The notes beneath the pieces were generated by a model. It was not told the DNA's origin, searched no databases, and saw only the letters and a list, made by a program, of their open reading frames with translations. Of a stretch of DNA of 64,000 nucleotides, positions 1 to 9,440 are shown in pieces. The DNA is from an uncultured virus (IMG/VR IMGVR_UViG_3300034082_002096). Taxonomy: Duplodnaviria > Heunggongvirae > Uroviricota > Caudoviricetes. How positions within the stretch are numbered: the first letter of the stretch is position 1; each line of letters opens with the position of its first letter. Location of the stretch: the IMG/VR virus record IMGVR_UViG_3300034082_002096. One strand, written 5' to 3'. The translations under genes were made by a program, and so were the position numbers.

Positions 1-129
1 GAAGAACTAGATATTAAACCAGCATTGCTGAAAAAAGCAATCAGAATTGCTGCAAAAGCAAATCGCGAAAAACAGCGAGAAGAATTTGATGAGCTAGAAG
101 CGATACTAGAATCTGTATCATTGGGTTAA
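1..129 (+). CDS. C-terminal fragment of a T4 DsbA-like dsDNA-binding protein (partial)
   Basis: Frame 1 reads EELDIKPALLKKAIRIAAKANREKQREEFDELEAILESVSLG*; resembles DsbA-like proteins. Confidence 0.5.
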   Translation, partial: EELDIKPALLKKAIRIAAKANREKQREEFDELEAILESVSLG

Positions 130-150
130 TTAAAAACTCATAATAAATCA

Positions 151-177
151 AAACGGGCATACAAGTGCCCGTTTTTT
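151..177 (+). terminator. Rho-independent terminator
   Basis: ACGGGCAT-ACAA-GTGCCCGT followed by T tract. Confidence 0.8.
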
Positions 178-195
178 ATTCACAGGAGAAGATAT

Positions 196-2967
196 TTGAG
201 TTATACAGATGCGTTCTTAGATAGAGATAAAGATATTATTCATGTTGTTGAACGTAAAAACAGCAAAAGACATTTTTTGCAACATCCTGCAGTATATGTT
301 TTTTATTATCCAGATAATAAGGGTAAGTATAAAAGTATATTTGGAGAAAATCTTACAAAAGTAGTATGCAACGGGAAAAAGCAGTTTAACAAAGAGAAAA
401 GAATACATTCTAATAAGAAATTATATGAAAGCGACGTAAATCCAGTATTCAGATTTTTAGAAGAAAATTATCCAGAACGTATTGCTCCTGAATTAAATTT
501 AGGATTTTTCGACTTGGAAGTTGCCTTTAATAAAGAACTAGGCTTTGCACCACCAGATGATCCATTCAATCCTATAACAGCAGTCGCGTTACATCTAAGT
601 AACTTGGAAAAAACTATATGTTTGGTGGTAAAGCCAGATTCTTTTTCGAAGGAAATGGCTGAAAATATAGCAAATTCATTTCCTGATACATTTTTAATGG
701 ACAGCGAAGAACAGTTACTTCTTACGTTTTTAGATTTAATTGATGATGTTGATGTATTAAGCGGATGGAACAGCACAGGGTTCGACATTCCATATCTAGT
801 TAATCGTATTGCTAGAACTTTGGGAAAAGAATATACCCGTCAGTTATGCTTATGGAACCAGTTTCCTAAAAAAAGAGAATATGAAAAATATGGCAAAGTA
901 AATGAAACATACGATTTAGTAGGTAGACAGCATCTTGACTATTTGGAATTGTATAGAAAATATACATACCATGAAATGCACAGTTATAGCTTAGATGCTA
1001 TTTCTGAATATGAATTAGATGAGAAAAAGATTGCATACGAAGGAACGCTAGATCAATTATATAATCGTGATTTTCATACATTCATTGATTATAACAGACA
1101 AGACGTTGAACTATTAGTTAAATTAGATAAAAAACTACAATTTATTGATCTTGCTAACGTTATTGCTCATGATAACTGCGTAATATTGCCTACTACAATG
1201 GGTTCAGTTGCACAAATTGACCAAGCCATCATAAACGAAGCACATGCTCGTGGTATGATAGTTCCTGATCGTGTAAGAGAAAAGAAAAAAATACAAAAAG
1301 TCAAAGAAGTAGAAGAAGATTCATTTGAATATTACGACGACAGAAAATACTTTTCTGAGTTTAATGAAGATGATGAAACTGCGGAAGATTCTGATACAGT
1401 AGCTGGTGCATATGTTGCACAGCCAAAGATTGGAATTCATAAATGGATTGGTAGTATCGACTTGAACTCACTATATCCAAGCATTTTGCGTGCATTGAAT
1501 ATGAGCCAAGAAACACTTATTGGACAAATCAGACTAGAATTGACTTCGGAAATGTTATCGAAGTTTGAAACTGTTGTAAAAGCATGGGATGGAAAGTTTG
1601 CCACCCCAGAATACGAACTTGTTATGAGTAAAGATAAAGTAACTACTCTTCATTTAGATATGGAGAACGGAGAAAGTTATGACTTAACAGGGGCAGAGAT
1701 ATATGATTTGATCTATCATCGTGGATATCCATGGATGATAACTTCCAATGGAACTATTTTTACTACCGAAATTAAAGGGATAATACCCGGACTATTGGAG
1801 CGGTGGTATAAAGAACGTAAAGAATTGCAGAAGAAAGCAAAGTCATTTAAAGGCATAGATGATAAAGAATTTGTATTTTGGGATAAAAGGCAATTAGTTA
1901 AAAAGATTCTTTTAAACTCACTATATGGTGCGTTGCTAAACATAGGAAGTAGATTCTTTGATGCACGACTAGGACAAAGCACTACCTTAACTGGTAGATG
2001 TATTGATCGCCATATGGCTGCTACTGTGAACGAAATACTTACTGGATCGTATGATTATAAAGGTGATACTATCATATATTGTGATACCGATTCTAGTTAT
2101 TTTTCTGCATACACTGTTTATAAAGATAAAATTGATAGTGGAGAAATTGTCTGGAATAAAGATACTGTTATCGAATTCTATGACGCAGTATGTGAAGAAG
2201 TTAATAAAACTTTCCCAGAATATATGAAAAACTACCATAATAGTCCTGATTCTTTTAATTATACTATTGCGGCTGGTCGTGAAATAATAGCTAGCAATGG
2301 TCTTTTTATTAAAAAGAAAAGATATGCCATCATGGTATATGATACGGAAGGTTATCGCGAAGATGCAAATGGTCCCGGTAAATTAAAAGCCATGGGACTT
2401 GATTTAAAACGAAGTGACACTCCTTCATATATGCAACAATTTTTGAAAGAAATACTTTTAGATGTTCTAATGGGACAAACAGAAATTGAAATACTTTCAA
2501 AAATAAAAGATTTTAGAAAAACATTCAGAGCAATGAATCCATGGGATATGGGAACACCAAAACGTGTTAACAAACTAACCTATTATTATTCGACTGAATA
2601 TAAAATTGCAAAAGATGGATCAGAAGAATATAAAGGAAAATCACGTATACCGGGGCATGTAAGGGCAGCAATAAATTATAATAGATTGTTGAAATTACAT
2701 AATGATAACTTTAGTATAAAGATTTCAGATGGAATGAAAACTATAGTTTGTAAGCTAAAAGACAATCCGCTTAACATAACAAGTGTTGGAATACCAACTG
2801 ATGAATCTAGAATTCCAGAATGGTTTAAAGAACTGCCATTTAATACAGTAGAAATGGAAAATGCAATAATTACTAAAAAAATACAAAACCTATTAGGTGT
2901 ATTGAAATGGGACTTGAAAAGTAGCTTAGAAAATACTACTTTTAATTCATTGTTTTCATTCGAATGA
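196..2967 (+). CDS. Family B DNA polymerase (T4 gp43-like)
   Basis: ExoI DLEV, ExoII NSTGFDIPY, DLNSLYPS, KILLNSLYG, YCDTDS, KKRY; TTG start after AGGAG. Confidence 0.97.
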   Translation: MSYTDAFLDRDKDIIHVVERKNSKRHFLQHPAVYVFYYPDNKGKYKSIFGENLTKVVCNGKKQFNKEKRIHSNKKLYESDVNPVFRFLEENYPERIAPELNLGFFDLEVAFNKELGFAPPDDPFNPITAVALHLSNLEKTICLVVKPDSFSKEMAENIANSFPDTFLMDSEEQLLLTFLDLIDDVDVLSGWNSTGFDIPYLVNRIARTLGKEYTRQLCLWNQFPKKREYEKYGKVNETYDLVGRQHLDYLELYRKYTYHEMHSYSLDAISEYELDEKKIAYEGTLDQLYNRDFHTFIDYNRQDVELLVKLDKKLQFIDLANVIAHDNCVILPTTMGSVAQIDQAIINEAHARGMIVPDRVREKKKIQKVKEVEEDSFEYYDDRKYFSEFNEDDETAEDSDTVAGAYVAQPKIGIHKWIGSIDLNSLYPSILRALNMSQETLIGQIRLELTSEMLSKFETVVKAWDGKFATPEYELVMSKDKVTTLHLDMENGESYDLTGAEIYDLIYHRGYPWMITSNGTIFTTEIKGIIPGLLERWYKERKELQKKAKSFKGIDDKEFVFWDKRQLVKKILLNSLYGALLNIGSRFFDARLGQSTTLTGRCIDRHMAATVNEILTGSYDYKGDTIIYCDTDSSYFSAYTVYKDKIDSGEIVWNKDTVIEFYDAVCEEVNKTFPEYMKNYHNSPDSFNYTIAAGREIIASNGLFIKKKRYAIMVYDTEGYREDANGPGKLKAMGLDLKRSDTPSYMQQFLKEILLDVLMGQTEIEILSKIKDFRKTFRAMNPWDMGTPKRVNKLTYYYSTEYKIAKDGSEEYKGKSRIPGHVRAAINYNRLLKLHNDNFSIKISDGMKTIVCKLKDNPLNITSVGIPTDESRIPEWFKELPFNTVEMENAIITKKIQNLLGVLKWDLKSSLENTTFNSLFSFE

Positions 2968-2973
2968 TTTTTC

Positions 2974-3002
2974 TTGACAAACGACACAAAGTAGTATAAT
3001 AT
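2974..3002 (+). promoter_or_regulatory. Sigma70-type promoter
   Basis: TTGACA-N17-TAATAT. Confidence 0.7.
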
Positions 3003-3031
3003 AAACATAACATAAAATTGGAGAACACTGT

Positions 3032-3781
3032 ATGTTAGAAATCAAAGATGTTATAAGCGACATCGTTAAACACACAGCCGTTGGGTTTATAGAACATGTT
3101 AAAATAACTGGTTCTGCCAACGAAACACTTATAGATGCAATGGATACCGATAGGACTGTAATTTTAAAAGCAAGGTTACATCAACCAATAACAGAATTTA
3201 ATGGCGAAATTGGATTTGGCAACTTAGGTTTCCTAAAAGGTCTGTTGAATTTATCAAATTATAAACAAGAAGGAACTACATTATCTGTAGTTTCTCGTGA
3301 AAAAAATGGAATTACTATACCTGATCATCTTGTATTTAAAGACGAAACAGGAAATTCTGACAGATATCGCTTTATGAATAAAGAAACAATTGATCAAGTA
3401 TTGCAAACTGTAAAGTTCAAAGGTGCAAAATGGGACGTGGTTATAGAACCAACTAAACAAAAAGTATCCGAATTACAAAGTGCTGCATCTATATATGGTG
3501 GCATAGAACCAAACTTCACTATTAAATTGGATAGTGGAGATATGATTGTTAATATTGGTGCAAATACTGGAAACTTTACTGCACGACGTGTGTTTGCAAA
3601 AGATGTTAAAGGTGATTATAAAGAAAATCATCCATGGCCCTTGTCTAAAGTATTAACTATATTAAACCTTGGGATGAGTGCAAAATGCACTATGTCGTTT
3701 TCTAAAATCGGAGCATTGCAAATTTCAGTTGATAGTGGAATTGGGCAATACGATTACATACTACCAGCATTAACTATATAA
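3032..3781 (+). CDS. Putative sliding clamp (gp45-like)
   Basis: 249 aa, alternating beta/alpha pattern, next to PolB; clamp loader elsewhere in window. Confidence 0.55.
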   Translation: MLEIKDVISDIVKHTAVGFIEHVKITGSANETLIDAMDTDRTVILKARLHQPITEFNGEIGFGNLGFLKGLLNLSNYKQEGTTLSVVSREKNGITIPDHLVFKDETGNSDRYRFMNKETIDQVLQTVKFKGAKWDVVIEPTKQKVSELQSAASIYGGIEPNFTIKLDSGDMIVNIGANTGNFTARRVFAKDVKGDYKENHPWPLSKVLTILNLGMSAKCTMSFSKIGALQISVDSGIGQYDYILPALTI

Positions 3782-3799
3782 TTTAAAAAAGGAAATATA

Positions 3800-4099
3800 A
3801 TGTCTAACACAATTAGTATTAATGATATAAAGTTTGATTTACTAAAGATGATTGAATCATGGGATGGTATCCTAATGCAAAATCAATGGAAACCTATCTT
3901 TAATTTATTCGACGCATACCTGCGTGACCTTAAAGACGCCGGAACTATACGCGAATATAATGTCATTTATTCAGTTAGAGAAAATAGCATAACATATGAT
4001 GTTAATGTTAAAATCAGCAATGAACGAAGCCCAAAAAAATTAAAAATACACGTTGGAACATTTCAGCATCCTTGGATTTCAAAAACTGAGAATGCATAA
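3800..4099 (+). CDS. Hypothetical protein
   Basis: ORF with AAGGA SD, followed by terminator. Confidence 0.75.
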   Translation: MSNTISINDIKFDLLKMIESWDGILMQNQWKPIFNLFDAYLRDLKDAGTIREYNVIYSVRENSITYDVNVKISNERSPKKLKIHVGTFQHPWISKTENA

Positions 4100-4101
4100 C
4101 T

Positions 4102-4131
4102 AATGCGAGGGCTAATTGCCCTCACATTTTT
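4102..4131 (+). terminator. Rho-independent terminator
   Basis: GAGGGC-TAATT-GCCCTC core stem plus T tract. Confidence 0.65.
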
Positions 4132-4146
4132 ATATAAGGATATAAC

Positions 4147-4530
4147 ATGGCTACTATTGATTATAAAGATTTAACTGTCCCGTCAACTTCGTCAATTTAT
4201 AGTATAATAGATGATAGTTCTGTATATAATAACAATATTTTATGGGGTAATTCTGGGAGTAATCCTACTTGGCAAAATAATGGAACCATTCCAACTTATT
4301 CACAACCAATAACTTCTATGACTGTAGATGGAGAAATAACGCTTAAAGGGGAAAAGCTATCAGAGATTATACAAGAAATACGTGATGCATTGTATCTATT
4401 AAAAAGAGACAAAATGCGTGAAGAAAAATATAAAGAATTAAAATTAGCAGCAGAAGAATATATTAAAATTCTAAATCGTATACAAGCAATGGAAGTTGTC
4501 GTTGGAGAAGATAGTATAAATGATTCATAA
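4147..4530 (+). CDS. Hypothetical protein
   Basis: ORF with SD, coupled to next gene. Confidence 0.75.
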   Translation: MATIDYKDLTVPSTSSIYSIIDDSSVYNNNILWGNSGSNPTWQNNGTIPTYSQPITSMTVDGEITLKGEKLSEIIQEIRDALYLLKRDKMREEKYKELKLAAEEYIKILNRIQAMEVVVGEDSINDS

Positions 4531-4882
4531 ACTAGAGACTAATTCAAGTTTTTTTACAATTTATAATTATTCTAATATAGATAATAACCAATATTTTAAA
4601 CAAAATGTAGAAAGTGGATCAGTAAAATACGAAGGCGATACTTTGTATATTCACAATGGCATAGATTATATACCATTGTTTGAAAATTCTTCAATTGATT
4701 TTGCTCCACAATGGAAGTTAGTTTTAGAATGGGCCAGAGATAAAATGTATGAAGAATGGGAAACTAAAAAAATGATGGAAAAATATCCAGAAGCAAAGCA
4801 GTCTTTTGAAATGCATTCTCAAATATTAAAAACATTAAAAGCAATGGAAGCATTAGTTAATGGAGAAAAAAATCTTGATTAA
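4520..4882 (+). CDS. Hypothetical protein
   Basis: ORF in operon; C-terminus (..KYPE..LKAMEAL) resembles that of 4147-4530. Confidence 0.7.
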   Translation: MIHKLETNSSFFTIYNYSNIDNNQYFKQNVESGSVKYEGDTLYIHNGIDYIPLFENSSIDFAPQWKLVLEWARDKMYEEWETKKMMEKYPEAKQSFEMHSQILKTLKAMEALVNGEKNLD

Positions 4883-5450
4883 TGGAAAAATCGAATCAAT
4901 ATTTGGACCAATGTATGCTGGAAAAACAAGTGAATTGTTAAAGAGAATTCTATGGTTGAAACATCAAAATTTAGAAATTTTAGTAATAAAGCCTAAAATA
5001 GATAATAGATATTCAGATGATGAAATAGTAACACATACTGGACACCGATTTCCATGTATTTATACCAATAAACTTATGGATTTGTTGGAAGTAAATCCTA
5101 TCTTAAATCGACAAATTCCAAAAATAATGCTAAATCACACAATATTCATTGATGAAGTTCAATTCTTCGAAATTGAGGATTTGAAAGAATTTGTAAAAAT
5201 TTTACAAAATAATGGAATTTGTATAGTATCTGCTGGATTAGACCAAGATAGTTCTGGTGTTCCATTTGACAGTTCTGCTTATATGCTAGCTATAAGTGAT
5301 GAAGTAACTAAAATTAAAAGCTTTTGTAGTGTATGTGGGCAACCTGCTACTAAAACTTATAAAATATCCAATAGTGGAAATAGAGTAGAAGTCGCAAGTG
5401 TGGGAGTATATGAGCCAAGATGCTTAGAACATTGGAAACCAGTAAGATGA
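4860..5450 (+). CDS. tdk: Thymidine kinase
   Basis: GPMYAGKTSEL, IDEVQF, GLD, CSVC...YEPRC zinc site. Confidence 0.95.
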   Translation: MEKKILINGKIESIFGPMYAGKTSELLKRILWLKHQNLEILVIKPKIDNRYSDDEIVTHTGHRFPCIYTNKLMDLLEVNPILNRQIPKIMLNHTIFIDEVQFFEIEDLKEFVKILQNNGICIVSAGLDQDSSGVPFDSSAYMLAISDEVTKIKSFCSVCGQPATKTYKISNSGNRVEVASVGVYEPRCLEHWKPVR

Positions 5451-5857
5451 CAGTTGGTATAACATTTTCTGCATTTGATTTATGCCATAGTGGGCATATA
5501 CAAATGCTTAGAGAAGCAAAATCTCAATGCGATTATTTGATATGCGGTTTGCAAGTTGATCCTAATATGGAAAGACCTGATAAAAACAAACCTATTCAAA
5601 CTTTGATAGAAAGATATACACAATTAAAAGCGGTAAAATATGTAGACGAAATAATACCATATATAACAGAACAAGATATTTGTGATATATTAGAAATGTA
5701 TCCAATAAACATTCGAATTATTGGTGAAGAATATCGTGACAAAGAATTTACTGGCAAAAATATATGTGAAAAACTAGGTATTTCGGTCTATTTTAACAGA
5801 AGAAATCATAGATTTTCCAGTAGAGAATTAAGAAATAGAATAAAGGATTTAAAATGA
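5447..5857 (+). CDS. TagD-like cytidylyltransferase
   Basis: FDLCHSGH (HxGH) motif, RNHRFSSRELR; start moved to ATG 5447. Confidence 0.85.
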   Translation: MTVGITFSAFDLCHSGHIQMLREAKSQCDYLICGLQVDPNMERPDKNKPIQTLIERYTQLKAVKYVDEIIPYITEQDICDILEMYPINIRIIGEEYRDKEFTGKNICEKLGISVYFNRRNHRFSSRELRNRIKDLK

Positions 5858-6126
5858 ATTGGCTAACTAAACTTTTTAATAAAGAAACTCCTGAAGTAGA
5901 GAAAAAGATTGATTACACCCTATCTCCTGATCCGCATGTAGAAGTTGTAAAAATTACAATACCCAATCCAAAAGACCCTACCGTTGGATATTTTGAATTG
6001 GATTGGAATGATGCATTTGTCAAACAACTTCGTGAAGCAGGATATAGTGGACGTAAAGACGAAGACGTAGTAGATCAGTGGTTTAATGATTTGTGTAGGG
6101 GTGTTGTATCTGGCGATGAGTTCTGA
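5854..6126 (+). CDS. Hypothetical phage protein
   Basis: Coupled ORF, FELDWNDAF...VDQWF. Confidence 0.75.
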   Translation: MNWLTKLFNKETPEVEKKIDYTLSPDPHVEVVKITIPNPKDPTVGYFELDWNDAFVKQLREAGYSGRKDEDVVDQWFNDLCRGVVSGDEF

Positions 6127-6283
6127 TATAATCATACCGAATCATATCAGAAGTCCTTGTACACGTGTTTGTAAAATTGTTGATACGATTTGTATTGGGT
6201 GTAACCGATCAATCGAAGAAATAAGAAAATGGACCAAATATACTGATCAAGAACGAGAAACCATAATTAAAAGAGTAACATAA
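6116..6283 (+). CDS. DUF1289-like small Cys-rich protein
   Basis: SPCTRVC...CIGCNRSIEEIRKW. Confidence 0.75.
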   Translation: MSSDIIIPNHIRSPCTRVCKIVDTICIGCNRSIEEIRKWTKYTDQERETIIKRVT

Positions 6284-7269
6284 TGACTTATATTCTAATT
6301 GATACTGCTAATCTATTTTTTAAATCCAAATATGTAGTCCGATCAAATGATCCAGAACTAAAAGTAGGTATGGCATTTCATATTATTTTTAGCAGTATTG
6401 CAAAATCCTTTCGTGATTTTGGTGGCAAACATGTTGTATTTGCTTTAGAAGGCAGAAGCTGGCGTAAAGACTTTTACGAACCATATAAACGCAATAGAGC
6501 AGAATTACGGGCACAACTATCTGCGGCAGAACTAGAAGAAGAAAAGATGTTCAATGAGGCGTTTTCAAGTCTTATTGAATATTTAAAAACAGAAACTAAT
6601 TGCACCGTTGTTCGACATCCTCGTTGTGAGGCAGATGATTTTATCGCAAGATGGATTCAAACTCATCCAAACGACAAGCATGTAATAATTAGTAGTGATA
6701 GTGATTTCTATCAGTTAATCAATGAAAATGTAAGTCAGTATAATGGAATTTCTAATCAGCATATCACAATTGATGGGGTTTTTGATGATAGAGGAAAGCC
6801 AGTAAAAGATGCCAAAACCAAAATGCAAAAAACAATTGGTGATCCTAAATGGGTATTGTTTGAAAAATGTATTCGTGGCGATGTAAGCGACAATGTGTTT
6901 TCTGCATATCCCGGTGCAAGGATAAAAGGATCAAAAAATAAAGTTGGATTATTAGAAGCATATGAAGATATGAGTATGAAAGGATTTAACTGGAATAACT
7001 TTATGCTACAACGATGGACAGATCATGATGGGGTAGAACATAAAGTATTAGACGACTATTCCAGAAATAAAACACTAATTGATCTTACCCAACAACCACA
7101 ACATATTATTGAAGAGTTAGATAAAGTTATAGCTGAATCAATATTGCCAAAAGAAGTAACACAAGTTGGTGTTAGATTTATGCGTTTTTGTGGAAAGTAT
7201 AATTTGCAAAAAATAAGTGACCGAGCAAGTGATCATACTACATATCTAAACTCAAGATATAATATTTAA
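6283..7269 (+). CDS. rnh: T4 RNase H-like 5'-3' exonuclease / flap nuclease
   Basis: LIDTAN, WRK..YK.NR, EADD, SSDSDF, GDVSDN. Confidence 0.92.
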   Translation: MTYILIDTANLFFKSKYVVRSNDPELKVGMAFHIIFSSIAKSFRDFGGKHVVFALEGRSWRKDFYEPYKRNRAELRAQLSAAELEEEKMFNEAFSSLIEYLKTETNCTVVRHPRCEADDFIARWIQTHPNDKHVIISSDSDFYQLINENVSQYNGISNQHITIDGVFDDRGKPVKDAKTKMQKTIGDPKWVLFEKCIRGDVSDNVFSAYPGARIKGSKNKVGLLEAYEDMSMKGFNWNNFMLQRWTDHDGVEHKVLDDYSRNKTLIDLTQQPQHIIEELDKVIAESILPKEVTQVGVRFMRFCGKYNLQKISDRASDHTTYLNSRYNI

Positions 7270-7284
7270 AATCTAAAAAATGGA

Positions 7285-7290
7285 TAAATA
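7285..7290 (+). promoter_or_regulatory. T4-like late promoter core TAAATA
   Basis: Intergenic TAAATA; same motif at 10652, 28973, 42391, 48517 (+) and 15188, 20525, 21104, 22960, 23397, 24583, 28956 (-) upstream of genes. Confidence 0.6.
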
Positions 7291-7302
7291 CTTTTATAAA
7301 AA

Positions 7303-7617
7303 ATGAGTATTTACCCAATGGCAAGACCTAAACCAAAAGTATTATTACGTTTATGTAATGAATACACACATAAAATAGAAGAAGTATTAGCAGTAGATGG
7401 AATCTTTGCAGTATTCTATGATAATGTTCCAATTAGTTTAAAGTGGGCAAGTGAATTTGCTGATGAAGCCCAACCAAAATACAGAAAAACTTTTTTTCCT
7501 AGTTATGCTCATGCAAAAAATTTAGCCACCAGATTAAATAAACAGTTTAATACTACTAATTTTACTGTTGTTAAACTAAATACTGGAACACCGTGTAATG
7601 AAGCAGAGAAGAAATAA
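7303..7617 (+). CDS. Hypothetical phage protein (start may be 7318)
   Basis: MARPKPKVLL...PKYRKTFF. Confidence 0.75.
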   Translation: MSIYPMARPKPKVLLRLCNEYTHKIEEVLAVDGIFAVFYDNVPISLKWASEFADEAQPKYRKTFFPSYAHAKNLATRLNKQFNTTNFTVVKLNTGTPCNEAEKK

Positions 7618-7921
7618 ACTAGTAAAATTATTATCAGATAATAATCCGAATTTAGAAATAACCGAGTTCATTATATTTGGTAATTATCAAGGAATGAGAT
7701 TAAGTATGGAAGGTTATACTCTTATGAAAAAAGAATATAACTTTTACAAATTTCCTATCTCTTATAGAATCACTCCAATTCGCAAGGTAAAATTAAATAA
7801 AAATATGGATATTCCATATTATATTACTGACAGTAATATATTTCTATTTTCCGAAATAGACGCATTTTCTTTGCAAGTGATTGGTGATATTGCCATATGG
7901 ATAGATTCAATTTCTATCTGA
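7598..7921 (+). CDS. Hypothetical protein
   Basis: Coupled ORF. Confidence 0.7.
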   Translation: MKQRRNKLVKLLSDNNPNLEITEFIIFGNYQGMRLSMEGYTLMKKEYNFYKFPISYRITPIRKVKLNKNMDIPYYITDSNIFLFSEIDAFSLQVIGDIAIWIDSISI

Positions 7922-7933
7922 ATTTCTTTCCTA

Positions 7934-7962
7934 TTGACACTCTTTCTAAATCCATATATACT
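7934..7962 (+). promoter_or_regulatory. Sigma70-type promoter
   Basis: TTGACA-N17-TATACT. Confidence 0.75.
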
Positions 7963-7987
7963 ATACATGGAATAAAGGAGATTTGTC

Positions 7988-8185
7988 ATGCGGTCAAAAG
8001 TTGATATAGAAATAGAAAAATATATACAAGAAGTTATAAAAGAACTTCATGGTTCTAAACTCGATCCTAATATAGTTGTACTTTCCAAAGAATGGTATAA
8101 AAAATTTACTGGAACTGAATATTCAGAAAAAAACAACATAAAAGAATTAGTAGAAATGTATATGACTATTCATCAAAACACTTGA
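7988..8185 (+). CDS. Hypothetical protein
   Basis: AAGGAG SD, promoter upstream. Confidence 0.75.
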   Translation: MRSKVDIEIEKYIQEVIKELHGSKLDPNIVVLSKEWYKKFTGTEYSEKNNIKELVEMYMTIHQNT

Positions 8186-8210
8186 CAACCGACAACGAAT
8201 CAAGTAAGAT
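8182..8210 (+). promoter_or_regulatory. Sigma70-type promoter with CGAATCA (GANTC) spacer box
   Basis: TTGACA-ACCGACAA-CGAATCA-AG-TAAGAT. Confidence 0.75.
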
Positions 8211-8250
8211 ACCTTATACAAACCGAAATGCCTAATTGGAGAAAACACAA

Positions 8251-9354
8251 ATGGCTGACAATCAAACTCGCACAGTTAAACTAAGCGAAGCAAAAAAATA
8301 CGCAAAACATCACTTTAAACATAAACGCCCATTTTTCCTATGGGGTGCCCCCGGTATTGGAAAAAGTGATCTAATCGCTGGCATTGTCAAGGAAATGAAA
8401 AATTCTTGTCTAATTGATGTGCGGCTCCCATTATGGGAACCAACTGATATTAAAGGTATTCCATATTACAATTCTGTTAATAATACTATGACTTGGGCTG
8501 CTCCAAGCGAACTACCAAGCAAAGAATTTGCTGCACAATATGACACGGTTGTATTGTTTCTTGATGAATTGAATGGTGCTGCACCAGCGGTTCAAGCTGC
8601 TGCATATCAGCTAATTCTAAACCGTCGCGTTGGTACGTATGAACTTCCCAGCAATGTTGTTATTGCTGCTGCTGGCAATCGTGAAAGCGATAAAGGTGTT
8701 TCTTATCGTATGCCAAAGCCACTAGCTAACCGTTTTCTACACTATGAAATTCGCGTAGATTTTCAAGATTGGCAAAATTGGGCAATCGGTAATGGCATTC
8801 ATCCAGACGTAGTAGGCTACCTAACGTTCTCAAAAGGTGATCTGCATAAGTTTGACCCATCTTCTACTGATCGCAGTTTTGCAACCCCACGGTCATGGTC
8901 TTTTGTTAGTGAATTGCTTGATGATTGTGCAAGTTTCAATCCAGAAGAAATTACCGATATGGTTTCTGGTGCAGTTGGCGAAGGTGTTGCATTGAAATTT
9001 AATGCTCACCGTGCAGTATCAAGCTTGCTACCTGATCCTACTCTTATTCTTAAAGGTAAGATTACTGATCTAAAAACTCGCGAAATTTCAGCTATGTATT
9101 CTCTTGCAACCTCATTGTCATATGAGTTGAAAACACAATATGATGTTATTGGTAGAGAAATTCAGCAAGAAGACTTCAACGAAATGCTCGACAATATGCT
9201 TGGATTTTGTATGAAACACTTTGACCCAGAAATGAGTATTATGAGTATTCGTGTTCTTGCTACACAATACAATATGAAACTTCCACTTCGCAAACTTAAA
9301 AATGGTATGGCATTTTTTGAAAAATACGGTGATCTTGTTCTCGCCGCTGCCTAA
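8251..9354 (+). CDS. MoxR-like AAA+ ATPase
   Basis: GAPGIGKS, LFLDE, AAGN, NRF, TPRSW; ATG after GGAG. Confidence 0.9.
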   Translation: MADNQTRTVKLSEAKKYAKHHFKHKRPFFLWGAPGIGKSDLIAGIVKEMKNSCLIDVRLPLWEPTDIKGIPYYNSVNNTMTWAAPSELPSKEFAAQYDTVVLFLDELNGAAPAVQAAAYQLILNRRVGTYELPSNVVIAAAGNRESDKGVSYRMPKPLANRFLHYEIRVDFQDWQNWAIGNGIHPDVVGYLTFSKGDLHKFDPSSTDRSFATPRSWSFVSELLDDCASFNPEEITDMVSGAVGEGVALKFNAHRAVSSLLPDPTLILKGKITDLKTREISAMYSLATSLSYELKTQYDVIGREIQQEDFNEMLDNMLGFCMKHFDPEMSIMSIRVLATQYNMKLPLRKLKNGMAFFEKYGDLVLAAA

Positions 9355-9355
9355 T

Positions 9356-9381
9356 AAAAGCGGGGGAAACCCCGCTTTTTT
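9356..9381 (+). terminator. Rho-independent terminator
   Basis: GCGGGG-GAAA-CCCCGC plus T6. Confidence 0.85.
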
Positions 9382-9382
9382 C

Positions 9383-9411
9383 TTGACACATACACAAATC
9401 TATGATATTAT
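9383..9411 (+). promoter_or_regulatory. Sigma70-type promoter
   Basis: TTGACA-N17-TATTAT. Confidence 0.7.
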
Positions 9412-9440
9412 AAATCATAACATATAGTGAAGGAATCACC

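Noticed and set aside
196..2967. Intein or intron in DNA polymerase (also checked thyA and topoisomerase genes)
   Set aside because: Normal lengths, contiguous motifs, no splice-junction signatures
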